Positions 9,937-18,262 of a DNA stretch of 64,000 bases are shown piece by piece. The stretch covers positions 4,541 to 68,540 of the forward strand of contig JAUSKK010000016.1 in NCBI GenBank assembly GCA_030649345.1, given 5' to 3'. This DNA is from Candidatus Iainarchaeum sp. Its GTDB lineage: Archaea; Iainarchaeota; Iainarchaeia; Iainarchaeales; 0-14-0-20-34-12. Under the pieces are notes generated by a model. That model did no database searches. It was not told where the DNA came from and saw only the letters and a list, made by a program, of their open reading frames with translations. Each line of letters begins with the position of its first letter. Positions within the stretch are counted from its first letter, which is position 1. A program made the position numbers and the translations under genes.

Positions 9937-9970
9937 AAATTAAACAAAAGCATGGAATTGAATGGAAAGA
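9937..9970. repeat. 34-bp direct repeat, copy 2
   Basis: Identical to 9355..9388. Followed by a TAA codon, so it could terminate a ThyX C-terminus in a pre-insertion arrangement. Confidence 0.85.
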
Positions 9971-9977
9971 GTAATTT

Positions 9978-10244
9978 ATGCCGGAATCTTTAGAACAACG
10001 TGTGACTCGAATTGAAGAAAGAAATTCAAAAGTAGAAACTGACAAAAGCTGGGAGACTAGCTGGTTTCGCAGAATTTTAATTGCAGTAGTTACCTATATT
10101 TTGATTGCTTGGCTGTTTCTAACTCTTCAAGTTCCCAATTCTTTTGAAAATGCCTTAATTGGAACGATTGCTTTTTTGATTTCTACTCTTTCCCTTCCTT
10201 TTATTAAACAGTTCTGGATTCAACACTTTTACAAGAAAAAATAA
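9978..10244 (+). CDS. small membrane protein (2 predicted TM helices)
   Basis: ORF track. Hydrophobic segments ILIAVVTYILIAWLFL and LIGTIAFLISTLSL. Confidence 0.4.
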   Translation: MPESLEQRVTRIEERNSKVETDKSWETSWFRRILIAVVTYILIAWLFLTLQVPNSFENALIGTIAFLISTLSLPFIKQFWIQHFYKKK

Positions 10245-10253
10245 CGGATTTGT

Positions 10254-10505
10254 ATGCTGGAATATGTTGGAATTGCCGGATTGCTTTTGTTGTTGTTGGC
10301 TTGGATTCCGGAAACTTTGGAAGTCATTCGTTTGCGTAAAACAGAAATGGAAATCAAGTTTATTTTAATTTATACTTTAGGTTCTGTGTTTTTAGCTGTT
10401 CATTCTTTTTTGTTGAAAGACTCCATTTTTTTGATTTTAAATGTATTAATTGTTTTCAGTACTTTGATTAATGCCTATTATTTTTTTCGAATTCCTAAAA
10501 AATAG
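10254..10505 (+). CDS. small membrane protein (2-3 predicted TM helices)
   Basis: ORF track. Strongly hydrophobic. Confidence 0.4.
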   Translation: MLEYVGIAGLLLLLLAWIPETLEVIRLRKTEMEIKFILIYTLGSVFLAVHSFLLKDSIFLILNVLIVFSTLINAYYFFRIPKK

Positions 10506-10649
10506 TTATATGTGAGGTATTTCTTTTTGTTTTAGTTTAGGCGGAATTTCTTTTACATCCACTTCTGTAAAACTATGACCGCAGCAAATCTTGGCTCCTT
10601 TCGGAGAATGGTATAGGTCTCCGCAAAGCGTACATTTATAGGCTTTCAT
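10506..10649 (-). CDS. small zinc-ribbon-like protein (about 47 aa)
   Basis: Minus-strand ORF MKAYKCTLCGDLYHSPKGAKICCGHSF.... Cys pairs CxxC and CC-G-H. Not in the ORF track because it is shorter than 60 aa. Confidence 0.3.
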   Translation of the reverse strand: MKAYKCTLCGDLYHSPKGAKICCGHSFTEVDVKEIPPKLKQKEIPHI

Positions 10650-10709
10650 TTTTGCTCCATTAAATCTTTACGTATACCTGTTTTCCATGTTTTTAATGTT
10701 TTCGATCCC

Positions 10710-11744
10710 TTGATTCATATGCTTTCTCCTATTCCGTTTTCTTTTGAATCCAAATTTGACTCCATTTTAAAGACCCATTTAGTTTCAAAAATTTCAGAGT
10801 CTCTTTCAGCATATGAAAATCCTTCTTTTTTAGCAGGTTTTATTTGGCCGAAAGATTTTTCAAAAGAACAAATTTTGGATTTAAAAGCAAATTTTCAGCA
10901 AAATTTAACCAGCGAACTTTCAAAAGCACTGCATTCAATTCCAGACTTTCAAAATCCAGTAACTTCCATTTACATTGATTTTACTTTAAATCAAATTACG
11001 TTTCACATCCAACCTGTCTACATTTTTGGACATTATAAAAAATTTTCTCGTACAATTACACAGACCTTTCCGTATTGTTTTCATTGCAAAGGACAATCCT
11101 GTCGTTTGTGCAATTTTACCGGCCGAGAACCCTGTGAAAGCGTGCAAGAAATCATTGCAGAACCAGCTCAAAACTTATTTCAATCGAATGATAATAAATT
11201 TCATGGAGCCGGAAGAGAAGACCAAGATGTCCGCATGCTGGGCAATGGCAGAGCTTTTGTTTTAGAATTAATCGATCCCCAAAAACGTTCCATGGATTTA
11301 TCTAAATTGGAACAAGAAATAAATTCGAAAAATCAAAACAAAGTTGAAGTTATTCGCTTGCAGTATTGTTTGAAAGCAAAAATTGCTGAAATCAAAGAAG
11401 CCAAATTCAGCAAAATTTATTTAGCGGAAGTTACAGGCGTAAAACCTTTTGTAAAAGAAAAATTGCTGAGTTTAAAAAATCAAACTTTTGAATTAAACCA
11501 AGCTACACCGCAAAGAGTACAGTATCGTAGAGCTGAATTGATTCGCAAAAAAAGAATTAAAGTTTTAGACATTGTGCCTAAAACAGACTGTGTATTTGAA
11601 ATCAAACTGGAAGCTGAAGCTGGAGCGTATATTAAAGAATTTATTTCCTCAGATCAAAATAGAACCAAACCCAGTTTAGCTGAATTATTAAACAATGTAT
11701 GCGACTGTACTGCATTGGATGTTCTAGAAATTATCGAAAATTAG
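10710..11744 (+). CDS. pus10: tRNA pseudouridine(54/55) synthase Pus10
   Basis: Pus10 catalytic block FHGAGREDQDVRMLGNGRAFVLEL. Zinc-binding CxxC pairs (CFHCKGQSCRLCNF). Confidence 0.7.
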   Translation: MIHMLSPIPFSFESKFDSILKTHLVSKISESLSAYENPSFLAGFIWPKDFSKEQILDLKANFQQNLTSELSKALHSIPDFQNPVTSIYIDFTLNQITFHIQPVYIFGHYKKFSRTITQTFPYCFHCKGQSCRLCNFTGREPCESVQEIIAEPAQNLFQSNDNKFHGAGREDQDVRMLGNGRAFVLELIDPQKRSMDLSKLEQEINSKNQNKVEVIRLQYCLKAKIAEIKEAKFSKIYLAEVTGVKPFVKEKLLSLKNQTFELNQATPQRVQYRRAELIRKKRIKVLDIVPKTDCVFEIKLEAEAGAYIKEFISSDQNRTKPSLAELLNNVCDCTALDVLEIIEN

Positions 11745-12808
11745 ATTTTTCTTTGCACACTATATTCTGCCAAAGCCTTCAATTTTTGTTTGGCTTTACT
11801 TTCTTTTAATTCTTTATCCACTTTCTTCCAGCTTCCCAGTACAATTTCTTCCGCTTTTCCTTTAGCATACTCAATGGCATCTGTTTTTTGAATCAAGTCA
11901 ATGCCTCTTTTAATTTCATTCGGAAAACGTGTATGTGAATTCAATATTTCAATTAATTCTTTTCGTTCTTTTTCATTTAATTTTTTTAAAGCCCTTAAAA
12001 CCAGCAAAGTTCGTTTGCCTTCCGTGATATCTTCTCCGATTGTTTTTCCCCATTCTCCGCTTTCAGGAACTAAATTTAAGATATCATCCTGTATCTGAAA
12101 TCCCACGCCTATACTTTGAGCAAATTCTCCTAAAGCATTAATTTGTTTTTTGGTTCCATTACCTAAAATTCCCCCAATCATAGCACTCATTCTTGCAAGC
12201 ACTCCAGTTTTACACAAACACATTTGCAAGTAATGCTCTTCGCTTAAATTTGTCTTTTTTCCTTTATGCCAATGAATGTCCATGGCTTGGCCTAAGCTTA
12301 CGCGGAGCATTTCTTCTACAAATACATTGTATATTTGTACTTGTTGTTTTTCGCTTAATTTTTTTAAATTCCGATACACTGGAATCATAGGCAAAAAATA
12401 CAAAGTATTCGAATCATTAATGGCTGTATCCATTCCAAACAATTTATGCAATGCAGGTTTTCCTCTTCTTACCTCTGAACCATCTTCAATGTCATCGGCA
12501 ACCAGAGTTCCATTGTGCACCATTTCCGGAATAGGTGTAAACGGCAAAGCTTTTTTTTCAGTTCCACCCACCGCTGTACAGCACCAAATCATTAAAGCTG
12601 GCCGCCATCTTTTTCCGCCGCGATTTAATAAATCCCAAATCGGTTTGCTGACTTCTTCAGTAATGGTTTCCGAGTGATATTTGTAAACAGGTTTCCCTAA
12701 AGCAGTATTCAACCAAGCATTCGAAATTTTTTTAGGCAAAATTTTTTGCATTTCTTGATCTATTTTTGGTTTGAGTTTTTTCAATTCGTGTTTAATATCT
12801 ACACTCAT
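11741..12808 (-). CDS. polyprenyl (isoprenyl) diphosphate synthase family, paralog 1
   Basis: First Asp-rich motif DDIEDGSEVRRGKPA. GGKRWRP. Second motif reads QIQDDILN (DDxxN rather than the usual DDxxD). Confidence 0.7.
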   Translation of the reverse strand: MSVDIKHELKKLKPKIDQEMQKILPKKISNAWLNTALGKPVYKYHSETITEEVSKPIWDLLNRGGKRWRPALMIWCCTAVGGTEKKALPFTPIPEMVHNGTLVADDIEDGSEVRRGKPALHKLFGMDTAINDSNTLYFLPMIPVYRNLKKLSEKQQVQIYNVFVEEMLRVSLGQAMDIHWHKGKKTNLSEEHYLQMCLCKTGVLARMSAMIGGILGNGTKKQINALGEFAQSIGVGFQIQDDILNLVPESGEWGKTIGEDITEGKRTLLVLRALKKLNEKERKELIEILNSHTRFPNEIKRGIDLIQKTDAIEYAKGKAEEIVLGSWKKVDKELKESKAKQKLKALAEYSVQRKI

Positions 12809-12866
12809 AAAAAGTATACGTATTCTCTGAACTTTTTATACTTGTGCTTTCTACAAAATATTAACT

Positions 12867-12995
12867 GTTATCCAATGCAATAGGTAGAAATCAATAATTC
12901 TTTTTGTTTGTTCAATACCTTGTCCAAGGTATTGAATGTTATCCAATGCAATAGGTAGAAATCAATAATTCTTTTTGTTTGTTCAATACCTTGTC
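12867..12995. repeat. tandem direct repeat of 58 bp, 2 copies, period 71 bp, each containing an 11-bp-arm inverted repeat
   Basis: gttatccaatgcaataggtagaaatcaataattctttttgtttgttcaataccttgtc at 12867-12924 and 12938-12995. Palindrome ttcaatacctt-gtcc-aaggtattgaa at 12911-12936. Confidence 0.85.
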
Positions 12996-14092
12996 TATAC
13001 TTTTCGTTGAACCACAAATTCTGCCAAAGCTTTCAGTTTTTGCTTGAATACACTTTCCGCAAGCTGGTTTTCTACATTTCTCCAGCTTTCAATTACAATA
13101 TCTTCTGCTCGCTTTAAAGAATATTCTACTGCTCCTGTTTTTTTAATAATTTCAATGGCTCGAATAATTTCAAATTCATTTCTTGTATGGCTTTTTAGAA
13201 TTTGAATTAATTCTTCTTTTTCTTTGGCTGGAGCTAATTGGAGTGCACGTAAAACTAAAATAGTTCTTTTGCCTTCCGTAATGTCATCCCCGACTGCTTT
13301 GCCCCATTCTTGGCTGGCTGGAAATAAATTTAAGATATCGTCTTGAATCTGAAAGCCTACACCAATGCTTTCAGCAAACTTTCCCAAAACATTTATTTGT
13401 TCTAGACTTCCATTTCCTAAAATGACTCCAATTTTGGCACTCATTCTAGCTAAAACACCGGTCTTGTAAGCGCACATTTGTAAATAATGTTCTTCGGTTA
13501 AATCGTATCTTTTATGATTATGCCAATGAATATCCATGGCTTGACCCATGCTGGCTCGAAACATTTCTTCTCCAATAACTTCAAATAAAGCCAGTCTTTT
13601 TTCTGCACTTAAATGCCCCATATTTCTATAAAGTAAAACTTGCGGCAAAAAATACAAAGCTCCAGAATTATTTACTGCAGTATCCAAGCCATACAATACA
13701 TGAATGGCAGGCTTTCCTCTTCGAACCTCAGATTTGTCTTCTACATCGTCTGCAATTAAAGTTCCAGTATGAATCAATTCAGGCAAAGGAGTAAACATTA
13801 AAGCATCTTCTATTTTTCCTTGAACCGAACCACAAGACCATAACATTAAAGCTGGCCGCCATCGTTTTCCGCCGCGGTCTAAAAAATCCCAAACTGGAAC
13901 AGCAAATTCTTCTTGCAAGGTCTGAATATCGTATTTGTAGGCTGCAGGCCCTAAAGTTAATTTCATCCAGTCTTCAGTAATTTGTCTGGGAATAATTCGT
14001 TCCATTTCCCGATTAATCCAAGGTTTAATGGCTTCCAATTCGTGTTTAATATTAATTGATTGCAGGACTGTTTTTTCCATAGGCTCACCCAA
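12995..14092 (-). CDS. polyprenyl (isoprenyl) diphosphate synthase family, paralog 2
   Basis: DDVEDKSEVRRGKPA and QIQDDILN. About 55% identity to paralog 1 by eye. Confidence 0.7.
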   Translation of the reverse strand: MGEPMEKTVLQSINIKHELEAIKPWINREMERIIPRQITEDWMKLTLGPAAYKYDIQTLQEEFAVPVWDFLDRGGKRWRPALMLWSCGSVQGKIEDALMFTPLPELIHTGTLIADDVEDKSEVRRGKPAIHVLYGLDTAVNNSGALYFLPQVLLYRNMGHLSAEKRLALFEVIGEEMFRASMGQAMDIHWHNHKRYDLTEEHYLQMCAYKTGVLARMSAKIGVILGNGSLEQINVLGKFAESIGVGFQIQDDILNLFPASQEWGKAVGDDITEGKRTILVLRALQLAPAKEKEELIQILKSHTRNEFEIIRAIEIIKKTGAVEYSLKRAEDIVIESWRNVENQLAESVFKQKLKALAEFVVQRKV

Positions 14093-14188
14093 AGTATCAT
14101 TTTAAAAAATATAAAAAAATCTAAAAAACTAAGACTAATTGAGTAAAAGACCAATGGGCTTTTAAATCTTTCAAGTTTAATTTCTAAA

Positions 14189-14293
14189 ATGAAAAAAATT
14201 CCCAAAAAATGCCCACAGTGCAATTCCTCGCGCATTATCAGTGCACTAAATCGTTTTAAGTGCTTGAAATGCAATTTTATTCACAGTGTTTAA
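14189..14293 (+). CDS. 34-aa zinc-ribbon mini-protein
   Basis: MKKIPKKCPQCNSSRIISALNRFKCLKCNFIHSV, with CPQC-x13-CLKC. Not in the ORF track because of its size. Confidence 0.3.
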   Translation: MKKIPKKCPQCNSSRIISALNRFKCLKCNFIHSV

Positions 14294-14706
14294 CCTAAAA
14301 ATTCTTTTAAAACTTTTAATCTTGCTTGTTTTTTGGAAATTTCGTTTCTGGTCTGCAAACTATCTCTTCCAGCTCCGTGTGAAAGCTCTAAAATATCTTG
14401 TTCCAGTTGCCCAATTTCTCCTCGGATTGTTTTTTTTACAATCGGAGTTATTTTTCGTGTTTGTTTGAACTTTCTCAAGGCTCTTAATTTTGCACTTTTT
14501 GTAACTCCCGTAATTCTTCCCACTCTAAATGGCCTAATTTTGCTTTTTCGGTTAGACCGCAGTCTTTCTTTTGGGCCCCAAGGCATGATTGTTAATCCGC
14601 GAACCACATATTGTTTGGTTCTCCGCAAAGTTTTCGTTCGATCTTGCAATGTATGTTTTACTGCTCTCGGAATTTTTCGTGCAATCATAGTATCATTCAA
14701 TAACAT
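14290..14706 (-). CDS. small highly basic protein (possible ribosomal or RNA-binding protein; family not assigned)
   Basis: Lys/Arg-rich throughout. A hydrophobic Cys/Phe-rich plus-strand ORF lies on the opposite strand (14333..14917). Confidence 0.35.
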   Translation of the reverse strand: MLLNDTMIARKIPRAVKHTLQDRTKTLRRTKQYVVRGLTIMPWGPKERLRSNRKSKIRPFRVGRITGVTKSAKLRALRKFKQTRKITPIVKKTIRGEIGQLEQDILELSHGAGRDSLQTRNEISKKQARLKVLKEFLG

Positions 14707-14717
14707 TTTCAGTATAT

Positions 14718-17690
14718 TTAATTCTTTTTCAATTGGTTTTCAATTTCTTGCTCTAATAATTTCAAAAATTTGTCTTGCTGGTCTATTGGAACCCTGCAGC
14801 CCGCTGCTGGACGATGTCCTCCACCTTCAGCTCCTTCAATTTGTGCACAGCAAGTCTTCAAAAGTGTTCCTAAATTTAATCCAGCCCGAACCAAATCATC
14901 ACTTGCGCGAGCACTAATCTTCAAATTCCCATCCGGATATTTAGAAATCGCAATAATGGGTTTATTATGTTCCAGTATTCCAGAGCCATACAGCATTCCT
15001 GCCACAATTCCAATAATGGAATCTTTAATTTTTCCTTTGGAATCAAAATAATAATAATTTTTTCTTTTCTCCACTCCTTGTTCTGTAACCAATCTAAGTC
15101 CTTCACTGAGTTCTCTTCGATGATTGGCAAGCAAACGCAAAGCTTCATCGTAAGCATTCGAACGATTTCCTAAACACACTTGCAAAGCAATATCTTCATT
15201 TTCATGGCGTGCACAATTATGAACTACTATTCCATTTGCAATATAGTTGTGTGTTTCATCTACTGTAAAATCATAAACTTCGCTTATTCCATTCACTTCT
15301 TTTATCTCTTCAATTTTTTCCCAAGTTAAATCTGATTCCAAATGTGAATAAATTATTTTTATAAGATTGGATGCATGACCTAATTTAGTTATCACGACTT
15401 TAATGCCATTACCCAGCTTTTTTTGGGCATTCGCTCCAGGCTTTTTTCCTTCAATAATCCGGTAAGTCCATTCTTCTGATAATTCACAATATTGACTAAA
15501 TTGCCTTGTGCTTATTTTGGCATTTTCTAAAAATTCAGGTAACTTTTTGTTTTGCAAAAATTTATCCACGGCAGCAATTTTTTTTTGTAGCTGTACTTCA
15601 AAATAGTCTATGAACTTAACTGCGTGCTGTCTTGTTGGATTAACTGCGCTTTTTTTATAATACGTAAAAATACTGCTGATTTCATTTGGTATTCCAAGCA
15701 AATCTTTCAATTCCAATAACTCATTTTTAATTTGTGGCATTATTTCATAATTCGAATTATCCAATTGTGTGTTTTTTATGAACTTTCTTATTTTTAATTG
15801 GTAATGGCTATTTTTCATTATAGGTTCTAATTTTTTAAAATTTTCAATTCCAGTTATAAACAACCTATATTTATTGCCTGTACAATCTTTGCATGGTTTG
15901 TTTGTGACTGTGCTGTTTATTGAAAATTTTAATAGGATATTTTGAAAATCGTTCATTATCTCTTTGCTGTGACTTGCGTAGGTTATGCTTCTGCCGGACA
16001 TTGAACCATCGCTTTCTAATAACCCGCGAATACACGCAGCAGCGTTCTTCTTGTTTAGAAACGGTATTATTTTTTTAAGAGTGATCTGTGTGTCTTTTTT
16101 CCCTTTAGGAACTCCTAACCTGTTGAAAACTTCAACCAGTGTTTTTCCATTTATGTAAGCACTAAAATAGGTCGGCCGGCGGTCATAGGATAATTTGCTT
16201 ATTCCAAACAAACTTTTTATTATGTGTTTATGTTTTTTGAATATTCGTCTGCCTTTCAGAGTATTGGGGTAAATTAATCCTATATTGTGTGTGTCTAAAT
16301 GTCCGTCTCCTAAAATAAACCCATACAACTCAAAGAAATTCGAATTTAGTTCAGTGTTTTTTATGTAATTTATGCATCGCTTAAATCTGAATCTATTTCC
16401 ATTCGAGCTCCATTGTATTTCATCTTGCTTAAAAAAATCTTTTGCATACGTTTTTTTAATTTCTATATCCGGAATGCTCCGCAGCGTGGCAACATAATCA
16501 CCAGTACGTAACTTTTCTAGTTCGTGCCAGCCAAATGTGTGATTGTAGGATAAAATTTCATGATTTTGTGTAGCAATAAGTGTTTTTTTTCTATTTGTTT
16601 TTAACTCCAGTAATTTAATTCCTGGCGGCACTGCAATTTTATGTCTTTTTTCAATCTGACTTTTGCTGTATTTCAAACTTTTTTGGTTAAGACTCAGCAG
16701 TTTCTCTTTGTCAAAATTTTGTATTGGGATGTTTGTCCCATTTGAATCCAAAATGAGTGTATCTGCTGTCACACAGGCATTTAGAATGGTTCCATATTCT
16801 TTAGCATCCTTTAATGGACTACCCCAACTTTCTTTTGTTAAAGTATACACTTCTCCAATTAAGGATTGAATTTTCCATTCCGGAACATTGACTTGATGCA
16901 AATACAAAATCAAAGCAGTCGTAAATTTTTGTTTATCGTCCAAACTTAATTCTTCATAACTTGGCCAACGATTATCTTGTTTTATTTTAATTCCATTTTC
17001 ATGCAAAAAAGAAACGCAAGCTCCTTCATTTCCAGTTAAACCTGGCAACATCGGAGAACTGGCAAACATTAAAAATTGAACCAAAGGCCGTGAAATTCTT
17101 CCATACAAACGTAAATCAATTTTTTTTTCTAACACACCTGCGCTAATTCCATCTTCTAAAATTTCCCGATTCAAACCAATCACTTTTCCAGAGCTATCCT
17201 GCACATCTCCACAAGCTCCCACAATTCCTAAATCGGCTAAATCTTTATTTTTTTCATTTAACATTCTGGCAAAAAAATAAGCTGAACCACTAGCACTCAA
17301 TTCATAACTTCCACTAAATCCAAATGTGTTTGCATTGAAGTGATTTTCATGATCACTTGTAACCTGATGATGATCTAAAACAAAGAAATTTTTTCCAAAT
17401 TCTTTTTCTAAAGGAATTAAATAACTAGAGCCTAAATCCACAAAAATAATGTTTTCAAAACCCAATTCTGCTTGTTTTGCTTTCAGTTCTAAAACAATTT
17501 CTGCATACAATTGCTTCAAAATTCTAGTGCCTAAAACTTTTTTGTTTTCCCGTTGCAAAGCTTTAATCACAATTGCAGTTGACGTACATCCGTCAGCGTC
17601 ATGATTTCCAACAATAAAAAAATTATCCAAATTCCTTATTTTTCCAACAATTTGTGTCAATCGTTCTTCGAATGCTTTTTGGTCTCCCAT
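14718..17690 (-). CDS. archaeal RecJ/Cdc45-like DHH-family nuclease (GAN-like), interrupted by an in-frame intein
   Basis: DHH motifs (IVGNHDADGC and FVLDHHQV). DHHA1 GGGH motif (GAEGGGHRPAAG). Extein is about 470 aa after removal of the 520-aa intein. Confidence 0.7.
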   Translation of the reverse strand: MGDQKAFEERLTQIVGKIRNLDNFFIVGNHDADGCTSTAIVIKALQRENKKVLGTRILKQLYAEIVLELKAKQAELGFENIIFVDLGSSYLIPLEKEFGKNFFVLDHHQVTSDHENHFNANTFGFSGSYELSASGSAYFFARMLNEKNKDLADLGIVGACGDVQDSSGKVIGLNREILEDGISAGVLEKKIDLRLYGRISRPLVQFLMFASSPMLPGLTGNEGACVSFLHENGIKIKQDNRWPSYEELSLDDKQKFTTALILYLHQVNVPEWKIQSLIGEVYTLTKESWGSPLKDAKEYGTILNACVTADTLILDSNGTNIPIQNFDKEKLLSLNQKSLKYSKSQIEKRHKIAVPPGIKLLELKTNRKKTLIATQNHEILSYNHTFGWHELEKLRTGDYVATLRSIPDIEIKKTYAKDFFKQDEIQWSSNGNRFRFKRCINYIKNTELNSNFFELYGFILGDGHLDTHNIGLIYPNTLKGRRIFKKHKHIIKSLFGISKLSYDRRPTYFSAYINGKTLVEVFNRLGVPKGKKDTQITLKKIIPFLNKKNAAACIRGLLESDGSMSGRSITYASHSKEIMNDFQNILLKFSINSTVTNKPCKDCTGNKYRLFITGIENFKKLEPIMKNSHYQLKIRKFIKNTQLDNSNYEIMPQIKNELLELKDLLGIPNEISSIFTYYKKSAVNPTRQHAVKFIDYFEVQLQKKIAAVDKFLQNKKLPEFLENAKISTRQFSQYCELSEEWTYRIIEGKKPGANAQKKLGNGIKVVITKLGHASNLIKIIYSHLESDLTWEKIEEIKEVNGISEVYDFTVDETHNYIANGIVVHNCARHENEDIALQVCLGNRSNAYDEALRLLANHRRELSEGLRLVTEQGVEKRKNYYYFDSKGKIKDSIIGIVAGMLYGSGILEHNKPIIAISKYPDGNLKISARASDDLVRAGLNLGTLLKTCCAQIEGAEGGGHRPAAGCRVPIDQQDKFLKLLEQEIENQLKKN
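15216..16775 (-). mobile_element. intein with LAGLIDADG homing-endonuclease domain, residues 306-825 of the DHH nuclease
   Basis: N-splice Cys (NA|CVTADTLILD). Two LAGLIDADG-like blocks (LYGFILGDGHL and LLESDGSMS). C-splice VVHN|C. Confidence 0.7.
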
Positions 17691-17750
17691 ATTAAGTTTG
17701 AGTTTGAATGGTTTAAAAAGAAAACGAAGGTAGACTTCCCGTTAAATCAG

Positions 17751-17984
17751 TTAATTGGAGCTTTTTTGAACCGGTATTTTGGAAACACTAACTTCAGCTA
17801 AAGATTTTGCAGGAATTCTCTCTTTAATGGCCAGTAATTCTATTCCTAAAATATTGCCATCTTTGTCAAAATCTGCAATAGTTTTGTTATCGATTTTTTT
17901 GTTTTTATAAAATGTGCCTTTTCGAAACGAAATATACATTGCATTTGCGTCTAAGTCAATTTTGATCTTCATAACTATACCCAA
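17751..17984 (-). CDS. DUF2283-like small protein (putative antitoxin partner)
   Basis: 77 aa. 10-nt overlap with the upstream DUF4258-like gene. Confidence 0.4.
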   Translation of the reverse strand: MGIVMKIKIDLDANAMYISFRKGTFYKNKKIDNKTIADFDKDGNILGIELLAIKERIPAKSLAEVSVSKIPVQKSSN

Positions 17985-18202
17985 TATGTGGTTATAATCT
18001 TAATAATTGTATCCGTTTTTTGGAAAACAACTTCTAACCTTCCTTTGAACGTATTTTTAGTAGCTATCCAGGTATCTTTTTGTTTTTCAATTCTTTCTGC
18101 CTGTTCAATGACCTCTATTACTAAATCCAACGATACTCCTCGTTGGTGCATTCTTTCCTGTGCATGACCTGTAAGTAGGTATTTCATTTTCTCCAAATAC
18201 AA
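17975..18202 (-). CDS. DUF4258-like small protein (putative toxin)
   Basis: LTGHAQERMHQRGVS resembles the H-A-x-x-R-M-x-x-R-G-I/V-S block of DUF4258. Confidence 0.45.
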   Translation of the reverse strand: MYLEKMKYLLTGHAQERMHQRGVSLDLVIEVIEQAERIEKQKDTWIATKNTFKGRLEVVFQKTDTIIKIITTYWV

Positions 18203-18262
18203 AATTCGTTTTTCTTTATAAACACTTTGAGAGTAGACTTCCGGTATTTCCGGTGAAATTAG

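Noticed and set aside
12276-12677. Plus-strand ORFs inside the polyprenyl synthase genes (12193..12390 and 12276..12677)
   Set aside because: They are antisense to well-supported motif-bearing genes and are shadow ORFs.
12867-12995. Possible CRISPR array
   Set aside because: Only two copies of a 58-bp unit with a 13-bp spacer, and no cas genes. It behaves as a simple tandem duplication.
14333-14917. 194-aa plus-strand ORF (Cys/Phe/Leu-rich)
   Set aside because: It overlaps the minus-strand basic-protein gene and the 3' end of the DHH nuclease gene. Its composition is typical of a shadow ORF.
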